Below, one piece after another: positions 8,335 through 16,923 of a DNA stretch of 31,804 nt. This DNA comes from a bacterium. Its GTDB lineage: Bacteria > RBG-13-61-14 > DATKZS01. Position numbers and translations under genes: made by a program. How positions within the stretch are numbered: the first letter of the stretch is position 1; every line of letters starts with the position of its first letter. The notes below the pieces were generated by a model. That model was not told where the DNA came from, made no database searches, and saw only the letters and a program-made list of their open reading frames with translations. The stretch is taken from assembly GCA_046484135.1 (NCBI GenBank), contig JAWOBU010000272.1, forward strand, positions 1-31,804, read 5' to 3'.

Positions 8335-8892
8335 CTACTCTATCTTCAGGTTTCGGAGGGGGGCCAGCCTGGGGTCGCCCTCCTCTTCCTCGCAGTTGCA
8401 GGTCTCGTAGTTCAAGTTGGCCCCGCACCTGGGGCATAAACCTTTGCAGTCCTCACGGCACAGGCTCTGGATGGGAACCTGCAATGCCACCGCCTCCTGG
8501 AAAAAGCCGGCCAGGTCCACTTCATCACCGTGGTAGTACTCCGCGGTCGCGTCCTCCGCAGTGATCTCCATCTCCGAGGGAAGATCGGGCGGCGGGCCCG
8601 GCAGAAGCGCCATCTCCACCTTCCCCTCCAAGGGGTAGACCATGCTCTCCCCGCAACGGGTGCAAAAGGTGGACAGCTCGGTGAAGACCCGGCCACGGAC
8701 AAAGAGGCTTTCGCCTTCCAGCATTATGGTCCCGCGCACCATGATCCCGCCCTTGATCCGGGTCGCCGATTCCCCGGCGTACTCCGGTATGTTTACCAGC
8801 CACTCCGGCGAGAACTTTTCGTCAAAATCAAGCCCTTCCTCCGGAAGGCGGCTTACCTGGAATACCAGCAGGTCCTTTTCCTCTATCGCCAT
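8335..8892 (-). CDS. yceD: DUF177/YceD family 23S rRNA accumulation protein
   Basis: CTRC, LCREDCKGLCPRCGANLN, DPRLAPL, in the canonical position upstream of rpmF. Confidence 0.92.
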   Translation of the reverse strand: MAIEEKDLLVFQVSRLPEEGLDFDEKFSPEWLVNIPEYAGESATRIKGGIMVRGTIMLEGESLFVRGRVFTELSTFCTRCGESMVYPLEGKVEMALLPGPPPDLPSEMEITAEDATAEYYHGDEVDLAGFFQEAVALQVPIQSLCREDCKGLCPRCGANLNYETCNCEEEEGDPRLAPLRNLKIE

Positions 8893-8902
8893 TAAAATTC
8901 AT

Positions 8903-8930
8903 AGTCTATCTTGGGGGGGCTGATTGTCAA
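8903..8930 (-). promoter_or_regulatory. Sigma70 promoter of the yceD-rpmF-fab operon
   Basis: TTGACA (8930-8925)-N16-TAGACT (8908-8903). Confidence 0.6.
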
Positions 8931-8950
8931 GTGATTAAAGAAGGTTTATC

Positions 8951-8979
8951 TTGACATGATTATCCATATCATCTAACTT
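8951..8979 (+). promoter_or_regulatory. Sigma70 promoter of the miaB operon
   Basis: TTGACA (8951-8956)-N17-TAACTT (8974-8979). Confidence 0.6.
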
Positions 8980-9037
8980 AGCTTGTATTCGAGACCGCAC
9001 TTTTTACGAGCCCCAAAGGGGAAAGGTTTCTTTAACA

Positions 9038-10402
9038 TTGCAAAAGAAGGCATACATCCGGACCTTTGGCTGCCAGATGAACGTAAAGGATTCCGAGCGG
9101 ATGCGGGGCCTGTTGGAGGAATCCGGATACGTGTATACAAACGGGCCGGAAGAGGCGGACCTGATACTTGTCAACACCTGCTCGGTGCGGGAGAAGCCGG
9201 AGAACAAGCTCTTGGGGGCCTTGGGAAGGCTCAAGTCTTACAAGGACCATAAGCCCGGCGTGCTTCTGGGTGTTTGCGGCTGCGTGGCCCAGCGCTTGGG
9301 TGAGTCCCTCCTGGAGCAGGCCCCTTACCTCGACCTGATTCTCGGGACCCAGCGCATCCACGAGATCAAAAGCCTGGTGGAAAGGGCCGGAGGGGGGGAG
9401 CAAGTAGTCGCTGTGGACTGGCTTTCGCCCCATGACCAGGATTTGTTCCAGGTGCCGCAAACGGTGCCCGGAAATAAAGTAACCGCTTTCGTGTCCATTA
9501 TGCAGGGGTGCGACAACTACTGCGCCTACTGTATCGTGCCCTACGTGCGGGGGGCCCAGTTGAGCAGGCGAGCGGACGCGGTGCTCTCGGAAGTGGAGAA
9601 CCTGGCCGGCTCCGGCGTTAAAGAGGTCACCCTTCTGGGCCAGAACGTTAACTCCTACCAGGACCGGGACGTTCAGTTCCCCGATCTTCTTCGGATGGCG
9701 GCGGACGTGCCCGGGATCGAGCGGGTCCGTTTTACCACCTCTCACCCCAAGGACTTGAGCGACCGTCTCATCGAGGTCATGGCATCCCATCCCCGGATCA
9801 TGGAGCACATCCATCTTCCGGTGCAGGCGGGCTCCGACCGGGTGCTGTCTCTCATGAACCGGGGATACACCCGGAACGGATATCTTCGTCTTATTGAAAA
9901 GCTCAGGGAAGCCATGCCTGAGATCGGCATTACCGCGGACCTTATGGTGGGCTTTCCCGGCGAGAGCGAAGACGACTTTCTCGAGACCCTGGACTTACTG
10001 GAAAGGGTCCGGTTCGACGAGACCTTTTCCTTCCGCTACTCGATAAGGCCCGGAACCGCCGCAGCCGACTTTTCCGGCCAGGTGGAGGAACAAGTCAAGT
10101 ATGACCGTCTCTACCGACTCCAGGCCCTGCAGGAGAGGATCACGCAGGAGAAGAACGAACATGAGGTGGGCCGGTTCCACGAGGTCCTGGTGGAGGGGCC
10201 GAGCAAGACCGACCCGTCCCGGATGACCGGCCGGAGCCGGACCAACCGGCTGGTTCACCTTCCCGCCGCGGGCGCCGCACCCGGCGAGCTAAAGACGGTG
10301 CGGGTTACTCGCGCCTTGAAGCACTCGCTGGAAGGCGGGGAAAATATGGAACCGATCTCGGCAAACTGCATCGCACAGGAGGAAACATGTCTGTGGAAAT
10401 GA
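9038..10402 (+). CDS. miaB: tRNA ms2i6A37 methylthiotransferase
   Basis: TFGCQMN, NTCSVRE, GCVAQ, radical SAM CDNYCAYC, RFTTSHP, C-terminal TRAM domain. TTG start. Confidence 0.95.
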   Translation: MQKKAYIRTFGCQMNVKDSERMRGLLEESGYVYTNGPEEADLILVNTCSVREKPENKLLGALGRLKSYKDHKPGVLLGVCGCVAQRLGESLLEQAPYLDLILGTQRIHEIKSLVERAGGGEQVVAVDWLSPHDQDLFQVPQTVPGNKVTAFVSIMQGCDNYCAYCIVPYVRGAQLSRRADAVLSEVENLAGSGVKEVTLLGQNVNSYQDRDVQFPDLLRMAADVPGIERVRFTTSHPKDLSDRLIEVMASHPRIMEHIHLPVQAGSDRVLSLMNRGYTRNGYLRLIEKLREAMPEIGITADLMVGFPGESEDDFLETLDLLERVRFDETFSFRYSIRPGTAAADFSGQVEEQVKYDRLYRLQALQERITQEKNEHEVGRFHEVLVEGPSKTDPSRMTGRSRTNRLVHLPAAGAAPGELKTVRVTRALKHSLEGGENMEPISANCIAQEETCLWK

Positions 10403-10881
10403 AAGTGGCGGGAATAGTTCTCGATCCTTACAGCAACGTTCCCATCGTGGTTTTGAAGGATTTGGAGGACAAGCAGACGGTGCCGATCTGGATCGGGCTG
10501 GTGGAAGCCAGCGCCATTGCCATGGAGCTCGAGCAGATCAAGATTCAGCGTCCCCTGACCCATGATCTCATCAAGAACCTGTTGACCGAGCTCGAGGTCA
10601 ACGTGGTAAAGATCGAGGTCACGGATTTACGGGACAACACCTACTTCGCACTCATTCACCTGGAGAAGGGAGGAAAGGTCATGGAGGTGGACTCGAGACC
10701 CTCCGACGCCATTGCCGTGGCCCTTCGGACCCAGTCGCCCATCTTTGTTAACGAGAAGGTGGTGGAGAAGTCCCAGCAGGTCGAGTCCAAGGATATGTCC
10801 TTTACCCAGGAGAACAAAGACAAATGGAGAGAAATCCTGGAGAACCTGAACCCGGAAGACTTCGGAAAGTACAAGATGTGA
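10387..10881 (+). CDS. Bifunctional nuclease family protein (DUF151)
   Basis: VPIWIGLVEA, RPLTHDL, DSRPSDAIAVALR. Confidence 0.92.
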   Translation: MSVEMKVAGIVLDPYSNVPIVVLKDLEDKQTVPIWIGLVEASAIAMELEQIKIQRPLTHDLIKNLLTELEVNVVKIEVTDLRDNTYFALIHLEKGGKVMEVDSRPSDAIAVALRTQSPIFVNEKVVEKSQQVESKDMSFTQENKDKWREILENLNPEDFGKYKM

Positions 10882-11315
10882 AGGGCTCCTCCAAAAACCT
10901 GAGCGAGGCAGACAAACGCTATGTTGCCCTTGCTTTCATTGTCTGGGCGATTTTGCTCATGGTGCTTTCCTTCCAGTCCATGAAAACGGTGAGCACCCCG
11001 AGGTTCGCCGCCTCGGACAAGCTCATGCACGCCGCTTTCTACTTTCCGCTCGGCGCCGTGCTTTTCTGGAACTTTTACCGGGACAAAAAAGGAGCGGCAA
11101 TAATAAAAGCGGCCGCGCTCGCAGGCGCTTACGGCCTTATGATCGAACTCATTCAGGGGGCCCTTCCCTGGCGGAACTTCGAGCTTTATGACGCCCTGGC
11201 CAATCTGTCCGGGGCCGGCGGTGGAGCGCTCCTGGCCGCAGCCTTTCCCCGATTGCCTTACCTCGAGCTGCTTCCCCCTTTTCATAAAACCAGGACGGAA
11301 AACCAAGAGAGCTGA
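10878..11315 (+). CDS. VanZ-like membrane protein
   Basis: DKLMHAAFY, IELIQ..LPWR, DALAN. GTG start at 10878 overlaps the upstream stop (GTGA); the ORF track opens it at 10824. Confidence 0.8.
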   Translation: MKGSSKNLSEADKRYVALAFIVWAILLMVLSFQSMKTVSTPRFAASDKLMHAAFYFPLGAVLFWNFYRDKKGAAIIKAAALAGAYGLMIELIQGALPWRNFELYDALANLSGAGGGALLAAAFPRLPYLELLPPFHKTRTENQES

Positions 11316-11358
11316 TCCTCTATCATACCTCGTAAGTACGCTCGTCATGAACAGTGCG

Positions 11359-11381
11359 GCCGGCGTTTTCCGCCGGCTTTT
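11359..11381 (+). terminator. Intrinsic terminator between the convergent miaB and GMC units
   Basis: GCCGGCG-TTTTC-CGCCGGC followed by TTTT. Confidence 0.6.
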
Positions 11382-11384
11382 ACT

Positions 11385-12899
11385 TCAGAGGGACTCCTCC
11401 ACCTGTCCGGCAATAAGAGAAGCCATAGCCATGATGGTTACCTGTGGGTTTACGCCGGGCGCGTTGGGAAATATGGAGCCGTCCGCGATCCACAATCCCT
11501 TTACATCGTGGGATTCGCCCCGATTATCCACCACTCCCTTTTTCCGGTCCGGGCTCATGCGGCAGGTGCCGAGGGGATGGTTACCGATGGGATTGAAGTC
11601 GGCGGGTTTTATGTTGGCGTCCAGAATCCGGCTGGTCTGCCGTTGCCGGTCCATTCGGCCCTGGACCTTGTTTATGCCGGGCATGACGGTCCGGGCGCCG
11701 GCGGCGAACAACAGGTCAGCGGTGGCTTTCATGGACACCTGCATGAGCCTGCCGTCGCGCTTGTTCATGTTATAGACGATGGTGGGGCTCCATCCCTTGC
11801 GGGGAGCTATTACCCTTCCGGTGGTTTTCGCCCGGATCATGGCCCCCCACATGGCCAGGCGGGACAGCCGCGCCATCATGTCCTTGTGCTTCAGGCCGAA
11901 GCCGGGCACCCGGATGCCGATAACGTCCGGCGGCGCCCAGGCCACCTCGACTATGAAGCCGTCCCGCCGGAAAGCGGTACAGCAGTATCCCTGGTTCACT
12001 CCGTCCCACCCCCGGACTTCTTCATCGAACAGGCCCAGCATGCCGGTGGCCACGTGGTTCACCAGGTTTTTTCCCACCAGCCCCGAGGAGTTGGCCAGCC
12101 TGTTCTTTTGTAAAAGCACGGGAGTGCCCATGGTGCCGCAGGAGAGCACCACCGCCCGGGCCCGGACCTCGAGTCGGTGCTCTGAAGGCTTCAAGGTTTC
12201 CGGGGCCACGAACACCCCGGAGACGCCCTTTGCCCTGCCGTTCTCGGTAATGATCTTTTCTATCCGGCAGTCGGTAACCAGCCTGCCTCCAGCTTCCAAA
12301 AAGGCGGGCACATAGCTCCGGTCCATGGACCACTTGGCCCCTTCCGCACAGCCGGACATACATACGCCGCAGCCTTTGCACCCCCTCGAATTGCGACGGA
12401 TGACCTCGCCTTCCCAGCCCAGCCGCTCGCAGCCGCGCCGCATGAGAAGGTTGTTCATGCCAAGCACGTCGTCCGGCTCGGGCGAGATGTTAAGGTCTTT
12501 TTCTATCTCGTCAAAAGCCGATTCCAGCTTGTCCGATTCGAGCCCGCTCAGACCTTCCTTTTCCACCCACTCTTCCCGCACGTCCTCCGGTAGGCGGAAG
12601 CAGATGGCCGAGTTTATCAGGGTTGTTCCTCCCACCACCCGGGCCTGCATGGTGGGTATGATCATGGTGCCGACCATGGCCCGCATGCCCTGGTCCCGGT
12701 AAAGCTTCTGCATGGCCGTCCAGGAGTCCGAGGAGAACTCGTCCGGCTTTACGTAGCTTCCCTCTTCCACCAGGATTACCGACCTGCCCGCCCGGGCCAG
12801 CCGGTGGGCGGCGACCGCGCCGCCGGCGCCGGAGCCGACCACCACAACGTCCGCGTCTTCTTTCAGATTCCCTTTTACGTCACCGTAAGCGGACATCAA
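11385..12899 (-). CDS. GMC-family FAD oxidoreductase (long-chain alcohol oxidase/choline dehydrogenase-like)
   Basis: GSGAGG, VGGTTLIN, CKGCGVCMSGC, NHPLGTCRM, DGSIFP..PGVNPQVTI. Confidence 0.9.
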   Translation of the reverse strand: MMSAYGDVKGNLKEDADVVVVGSGAGGAVAAHRLARAGRSVILVEEGSYVKPDEFSSDSWTAMQKLYRDQGMRAMVGTMIIPTMQARVVGGTTLINSAICFRLPEDVREEWVEKEGLSGLESDKLESAFDEIEKDLNISPEPDDVLGMNNLLMRRGCERLGWEGEVIRRNSRGCKGCGVCMSGCAEGAKWSMDRSYVPAFLEAGGRLVTDCRIEKIITENGRAKGVSGVFVAPETLKPSEHRLEVRARAVVLSCGTMGTPVLLQKNRLANSSGLVGKNLVNHVATGMLGLFDEEVRGWDGVNQGYCCTAFRRDGFIVEVAWAPPDVIGIRVPGFGLKHKDMMARLSRLAMWGAMIRAKTTGRVIAPRKGWSPTIVYNMNKRDGRLMQVSMKATADLLFAAGARTVMPGINKVQGRMDRQRQTSRILDANIKPADFNPIGNHPLGTCRMSPDRKKGVVDNRGESHDVKGLWIADGSIFPNAPGVNPQVTIMAMASLIAGQVEESL

Positions 12900-13345
12900 T
12901 TTTTGTCTCCTTCACATTTGAGCTTATACCCGATCTCGGAGAGCACCTTTTTATCGTTGTAGTAGCCCATGCCGACGATGGTTTTCAAAAGCACCAGCAC
13001 CATGCGTCGGTAATAAATCCGGGAAGCCTCCCAGTCGGCAAGGTAGAGCTCTTTCTCCGCGGGCGCGAGGTTTACAAAGCGCCGGAGACGGCCGATAAAA
13101 AGAAAGGGCAAAAGATCGAACAGAACAAGCAGGGCCTTGATGCCGCGGCGGGCGCCGGCGTCCGAATCGCGCAGGTACCGGCCGATAAAGTTGAACGAGC
13201 CGGTATCATACACGGACACGGCAAGCTCTCCTCCGTCCGGCACCAGCGCCAGGGAAAGCTCCTCGATGATCCGGCCCAGGTAAGGGCCTGCCACCGGCGC
13301 TCCCGAAGGCATGCGCACGTCCTCTATCAAATCCCACGAGCTCAT
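12896..13345 (-). CDS. Small GMC-associated protein (gluconate 2-dehydrogenase subunit 3-like)
   Basis: RRFVNL...YLADW..S....R......K.....GYY......IGY pattern typical of GMC partner/N-terminal modules. ATGA coupling to the GMC gene. Confidence 0.65.
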   Translation of the reverse strand: MSSWDLIEDVRMPSGAPVAGPYLGRIIEELSLALVPDGGELAVSVYDTGSFNFIGRYLRDSDAGARRGIKALLVLFDLLPFLFIGRLRRFVNLAPAEKELYLADWEASRIYYRRMVLVLLKTIVGMGYYNDKKVLSEIGYKLKCEGDKN

Positions 13346-13487
13346 GGTTCTCTCCTTGTCATGGTTTTCCGCCCGGGTCAGTGCAATAGTTTTTAGCAGG
13401 AAGACTGAAAACAGTCAAACGAGGGCGTTCTCGGTAAAGGGAAAGAGATACCGAGACAGGGCGCGATGATTCATTTTAAAAAAGTAC

Positions 13488-13517
13488 TTGCCAAGGAGGG
13501 TGTTGCCGGTTTATAGT
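13488..13517 (+). promoter_or_regulatory. Candidate sigma70 promoter of the Omp85 gene
   Basis: TTGCCA-N18-TATAGT. Confidence 0.4.
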
Positions 13518-13605
13518 ATGGTGGGATTTTGCAATGTTTCCGGGACAAGATACAATTTAGCGATATGTTAGATACGGCAAAATAAGCACGGAAGGGGGAG
13601 TCAAG

Positions 13606-14895
13606 ATGAAGTTACGGACGGCTACGGTGTTTTTTTGTTTCCTGTTACTGCTTTTGTGGTCCGCGCCTTCTTTTTCCCAGTCGGAGGTTAGCGAGACTGT
13701 CACCGAGGAGGAGGGTGAATCCACGGAAGAGCCTGCGGAAAAAGAGCAGTCGGAGGACGGCGAAGAGGAGAGCAAGGAGCTTAACTTCGCGGGCACACCT
13801 TACGTGTACACGGGCCCGGACACTGGTTTCGGCGCGGGGTTTGCCATCCAGTTCCGTGATTTCCTGGACAAGGAGGGCCGGGACGTCTCCTTTGGCATGA
13901 CTTATACAGAGAACCTTTACCAGGACTTCAACATCACGTGGTCGGAGCCTTACTTCCTCTCTGACCAGGGCAGGCTGGAAATTCGCCTTAAGTACCAGAC
14001 CCGTCCGGCCATGCGCTACTACGGGATCGGCAACGACACCGGCCCGCAGGACGACTGCAACTGGGCTTACACCGGCGCCGAGGTCGAGCCCACCTACATC
14101 CACCGGTTTCCCGAGACCGAGATAGGCACGATCGGCCTGCGGGGACAGCTCACTTACAAGTACGTTGATCCGGACAACGGCGAGCTCGACAATCCGGACG
14201 CGGGCAGCTTCAACCGGAAGATAAAAGACGTGTACCCGGAAATGTACTACAGCGACTACTTCCGCCCCACCGAGCTTATCATCCCGACCGTGACCATGTA
14301 CCTGGACCGGAGGGAGGACCGCTTTCCGCTGGGAGGCGGCAGAGAGACAGTGGTCTGGCCCATGAAGGGCCAGTACTTCGAGGTGTCCTATTCCCGCTCG
14401 GACGAGGCCTGGGGCTCAGACTTTACTTATAACAAGACCAGCGTGGACGCCCGCCAGTTCCTTCCCCTTTTCCATGAAGACACCATCCTGGCGGCCCGGG
14501 TCAAGGCCATCATCTCCCAGGGAGAGGTCCCCTTTTACGAGATGCCCAACTACGGCGGCAGCTCCAGCGTGCGCGGCTATTACGGATATCGCTTCATAGA
14601 CAAGAACGCCACTCAGCTCAACGTTGAAATCCGGCAGGGATTGTTCCCGGACTGGAAGCTCGAGCTCTTCGACGGCAAGATAAAGCTCAAGTACCCCTCG
14701 GTGTTCCTGTTCTGGGACGAGGCCCGGGTATACGACGATTACACCGAGATTCCGGATAAAATGTGGGAGGACTACCACTACGCCTGGGGAGGCGGCTTCC
14801 GCTTTGTTATAACGCCCACGGTGGTGATCAAGCTCGAATGGGGGAACTCGGACGAGCAGTCCACCTTCTACGCGGGCGCCGGACTTCCGTTCTAA
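13606..14895 (+). CDS. Omp85/BamA-TamA superfamily barrel without POTRA domains
   Basis: Signal peptide, PYVYTGPDTGFGAG first strand, WSEPYF, GQYF, DARQF, VRGY lid-loop motif, WGGGFRF, C-terminal Phe. Confidence 0.82.
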   Translation: MKLRTATVFFCFLLLLLWSAPSFSQSEVSETVTEEEGESTEEPAEKEQSEDGEEESKELNFAGTPYVYTGPDTGFGAGFAIQFRDFLDKEGRDVSFGMTYTENLYQDFNITWSEPYFLSDQGRLEIRLKYQTRPAMRYYGIGNDTGPQDDCNWAYTGAEVEPTYIHRFPETEIGTIGLRGQLTYKYVDPDNGELDNPDAGSFNRKIKDVYPEMYYSDYFRPTELIIPTVTMYLDRREDRFPLGGGRETVVWPMKGQYFEVSYSRSDEAWGSDFTYNKTSVDARQFLPLFHEDTILAARVKAIISQGEVPFYEMPNYGGSSSVRGYYGYRFIDKNATQLNVEIRQGLFPDWKLELFDGKIKLKYPSVFLFWDEARVYDDYTEIPDKMWEDYHYAWGGGFRFVITPTVVIKLEWGNSDEQSTFYAGAGLPF

Positions 14896-14951
14896 GAGCC
14901 TTTCGGCAAGGCTGTCTTTGAAGAGTATCATCAAGCCTGGAAGGAGCGAAG

Positions 14952-15515
14952 ATGTCTGCAAGGTTTGGGGATGAAACGTGGAAAGGAAGACCGACGCTTT
15001 TCAGCACGGGCTGGAGTCCTCCCGGCGGTGAGGGATATGGCCCGCCGGAGCAGCAGTATAATATCGGAGAGAACTACCCAATGCCGGGCGGAGGGCCCCC
15101 GCAACAGCAGAAGTCCTCCGGATGGAAGTTCGTGCTGCTGGGATGCGGCTGCCTGGCTGTTCTCGTGGTCGTGGCGCTGGTCGGAGGCTTTGCCTATTTC
15201 TACAAAAAAGGACCGGATTTCATAGGCGACATGTACGAGATGGGCAAGCCGCAGTTTATGACCCTTCTTACCGACGAGCACACCGAGGAGCAGAAGGAGA
15301 ACTTCGAGGACGCCCTTGACACCTTCATCCGAGACTGCCGCTCGGACAAGTACGACAACCTCATGGACTGGGCGGAAAAGGGCCCGCGGGAGATTTTTCA
15401 GAAGTTCCAGACCATCCAGCAGGACGGGAAGATAACGGTGGAGGAGAGTCGGGAGTGGGCCGCCATGGTGGAAGAGAAGCTGGAAAGCGGCGGGCCGGAA
15501 GACACTAAATATTAA
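14952..15515 (+). CDS. Hypothetical single-pass membrane protein
   Basis: RBS AAGGAG, Pro/Gly-rich N-terminus, one TM (WKFVLLGCGCLAVLVVVALVGGFAYFY), acidic helical C-terminus. Confidence 0.65.
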   Translation: MSARFGDETWKGRPTLFSTGWSPPGGEGYGPPEQQYNIGENYPMPGGGPPQQQKSSGWKFVLLGCGCLAVLVVVALVGGFAYFYKKGPDFIGDMYEMGKPQFMTLLTDEHTEEQKENFEDALDTFIRDCRSDKYDNLMDWAEKGPREIFQKFQTIQQDGKITVEESREWAAMVEEKLESGGPEDTKY

Positions 15516-15624
15516 AGCTCTGTGCTTTCTGGAAATAAAAAGCGGGGCCTTGCTTGGAGCGGGGCCCTGGTCTTTTTGTGAGCTGGTTCTATAGAAGAGA
15601 CAGGGAGATCTCTTTGCGGTCCTG

Positions 15625-16002
15625 TCAGGGCATTCCCAGGAGGCTCTTGGCGGTGTCTACCACGTTGCCCGCCTGGATGGGCTTGGTTATGTAGGCGTCC
15701 GCGCCCAGGCTCAAGGCCCTTTCCCTGTCCTCGGCGCCTCCCTCAGTGGTTATGATCATGATGGGGACGTTCCGGTAGTTCACGTCTTTTCTGACCAGGC
15801 TGATGAGCTTCAAACCGTCCATTACCGGCATGTTGATGTCGGTGATAATGAGATCGAAGTGATTGGAGTTGACCTTTTTCAATCCGTCCACTCCGTCGGA
15901 GGCTTCCATGACCTCGACCCCGGGAAGGCGCTTCAACGCAAACCCGATAAGCTGTCTCATGGTGGGTGAGTCTTCAACAACCAGAACCCTTATATTAGCC
16001 AT
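15625..16002 (-). CDS. cheY: Single-domain response regulator (CheY-like)
   Basis: VVEDS, ITDINMP, IITTE, YITKP; last gene of the che cluster. Confidence 0.85.
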   Translation of the reverse strand: MANIRVLVVEDSPTMRQLIGFALKRLPGVEVMEASDGVDGLKKVNSNHFDLIITDINMPVMDGLKLISLVRKDVNYRNVPIMIITTEGGAEDRERALSLGADAYITKPIQAGNVVDTAKSLLGMP

Positions 16003-16031
16003 GCCGGTGAAAACCTCTCTTTTAAGTACGG

Positions 16032-16910
16032 TTACTCTTCACTGGACGTCAAGAGGTCCATGAACCCTTTAATGGTGTGCAGCTTCCGCTGGGCCTCCGA
16101 GTAGAGCTTGGCCGAGAATATGGCGGTGGCGGCGTGCCCGGCCAGAAGCGTAAACAGCTCGTAGTCCACGTTCGCGAACTGTTTTTTCTGGGGCAAGAGC
16201 TTGTAAAGCACTATGACCCCTATCACCTTCTCCTGGATTTTTAAAGGGATACTGACCAGTGGGTCCTCCCAGGAGGTTTTCCCGTGGGAGGCCTCTTCCG
16301 ACGCCAGGGAAGGGTCGAAGTAGTTCTCTCCGGTAACAACGGATTTTCCTATAATGCCCTCCCCCACCGGTATGGGCTTGACCTTCTCCTTGGGAAAGCC
16401 TTCCATGGCTATGGGCTTCAAGGTCTGGGTCTTCTCGTCGAGCAGAAAGATGCCGAAGTTCTCGGCGCCGATCAGGTTTATGATGATCTCCATGATGATC
16501 CTTACGACCTCGTTGAAGTCCAGGGTGGAGTGGAGCTGAAACGAGCACACGTAAAGATGGGCCAGGTTATTGTTCTCTTCTTCTATCTCGACGTATCGGC
16601 CGGCGTAATTTTTGTTCTCGTTCTCTACCTTCTTGTACTCCTCGGCGATCCTCTCTTTCTCGTGCTCGAGCTGTTTGATCTTCTCCCGGAGCATCTGGGC
16701 CCGCTCGCCGCTCTGGACCCGCTCGGCCAGCTCCCGGTTCTCCTCCTGGATCTGGACCACCCGGTAGCGGAGCTTCTCGTTCTCCTCCATGAGCTCCTTC
16801 ACAAACTCCATGGACTTGGTCATGAGCTGGAACACCTCGTCCGGCTTCTGGGAAGACGAGTCTTCCAGCAGACCTTTAATCTCGTTATGCTTTGCCTTGT
16901 TGTCATCCAT
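16032..16910 (-). CDS. Coiled-coil + GAF domain protein
   Basis: Glu/Lys-rich heptads in the first ~120 aa, then LHSTLDFNEV...GEGIIGK...SIPLK....IGVI...DYELFTLLAGHAATAI. Confidence 0.85.
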   Translation of the reverse strand: MDDNKAKHNEIKGLLEDSSSQKPDEVFQLMTKSMEFVKELMEENEKLRYRVVQIQEENRELAERVQSGERAQMLREKIKQLEHEKERIAEEYKKVENENKNYAGRYVEIEEENNNLAHLYVCSFQLHSTLDFNEVVRIIMEIIINLIGAENFGIFLLDEKTQTLKPIAMEGFPKEKVKPIPVGEGIIGKSVVTGENYFDPSLASEEASHGKTSWEDPLVSIPLKIQEKVIGVIVLYKLLPQKKQFANVDYELFTLLAGHAATAIFSAKLYSEAQRKLHTIKGFMDLLTSSEE

Positions 16911-16923
16911 GGCTGGCGCCGCT

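Noticed and set aside
15541..15566. Direct repeat AGCGGGGCC x2 between convergent genes
   Set aside because: Only two short GC-rich copies with no hairpin or array; compatible with chance.
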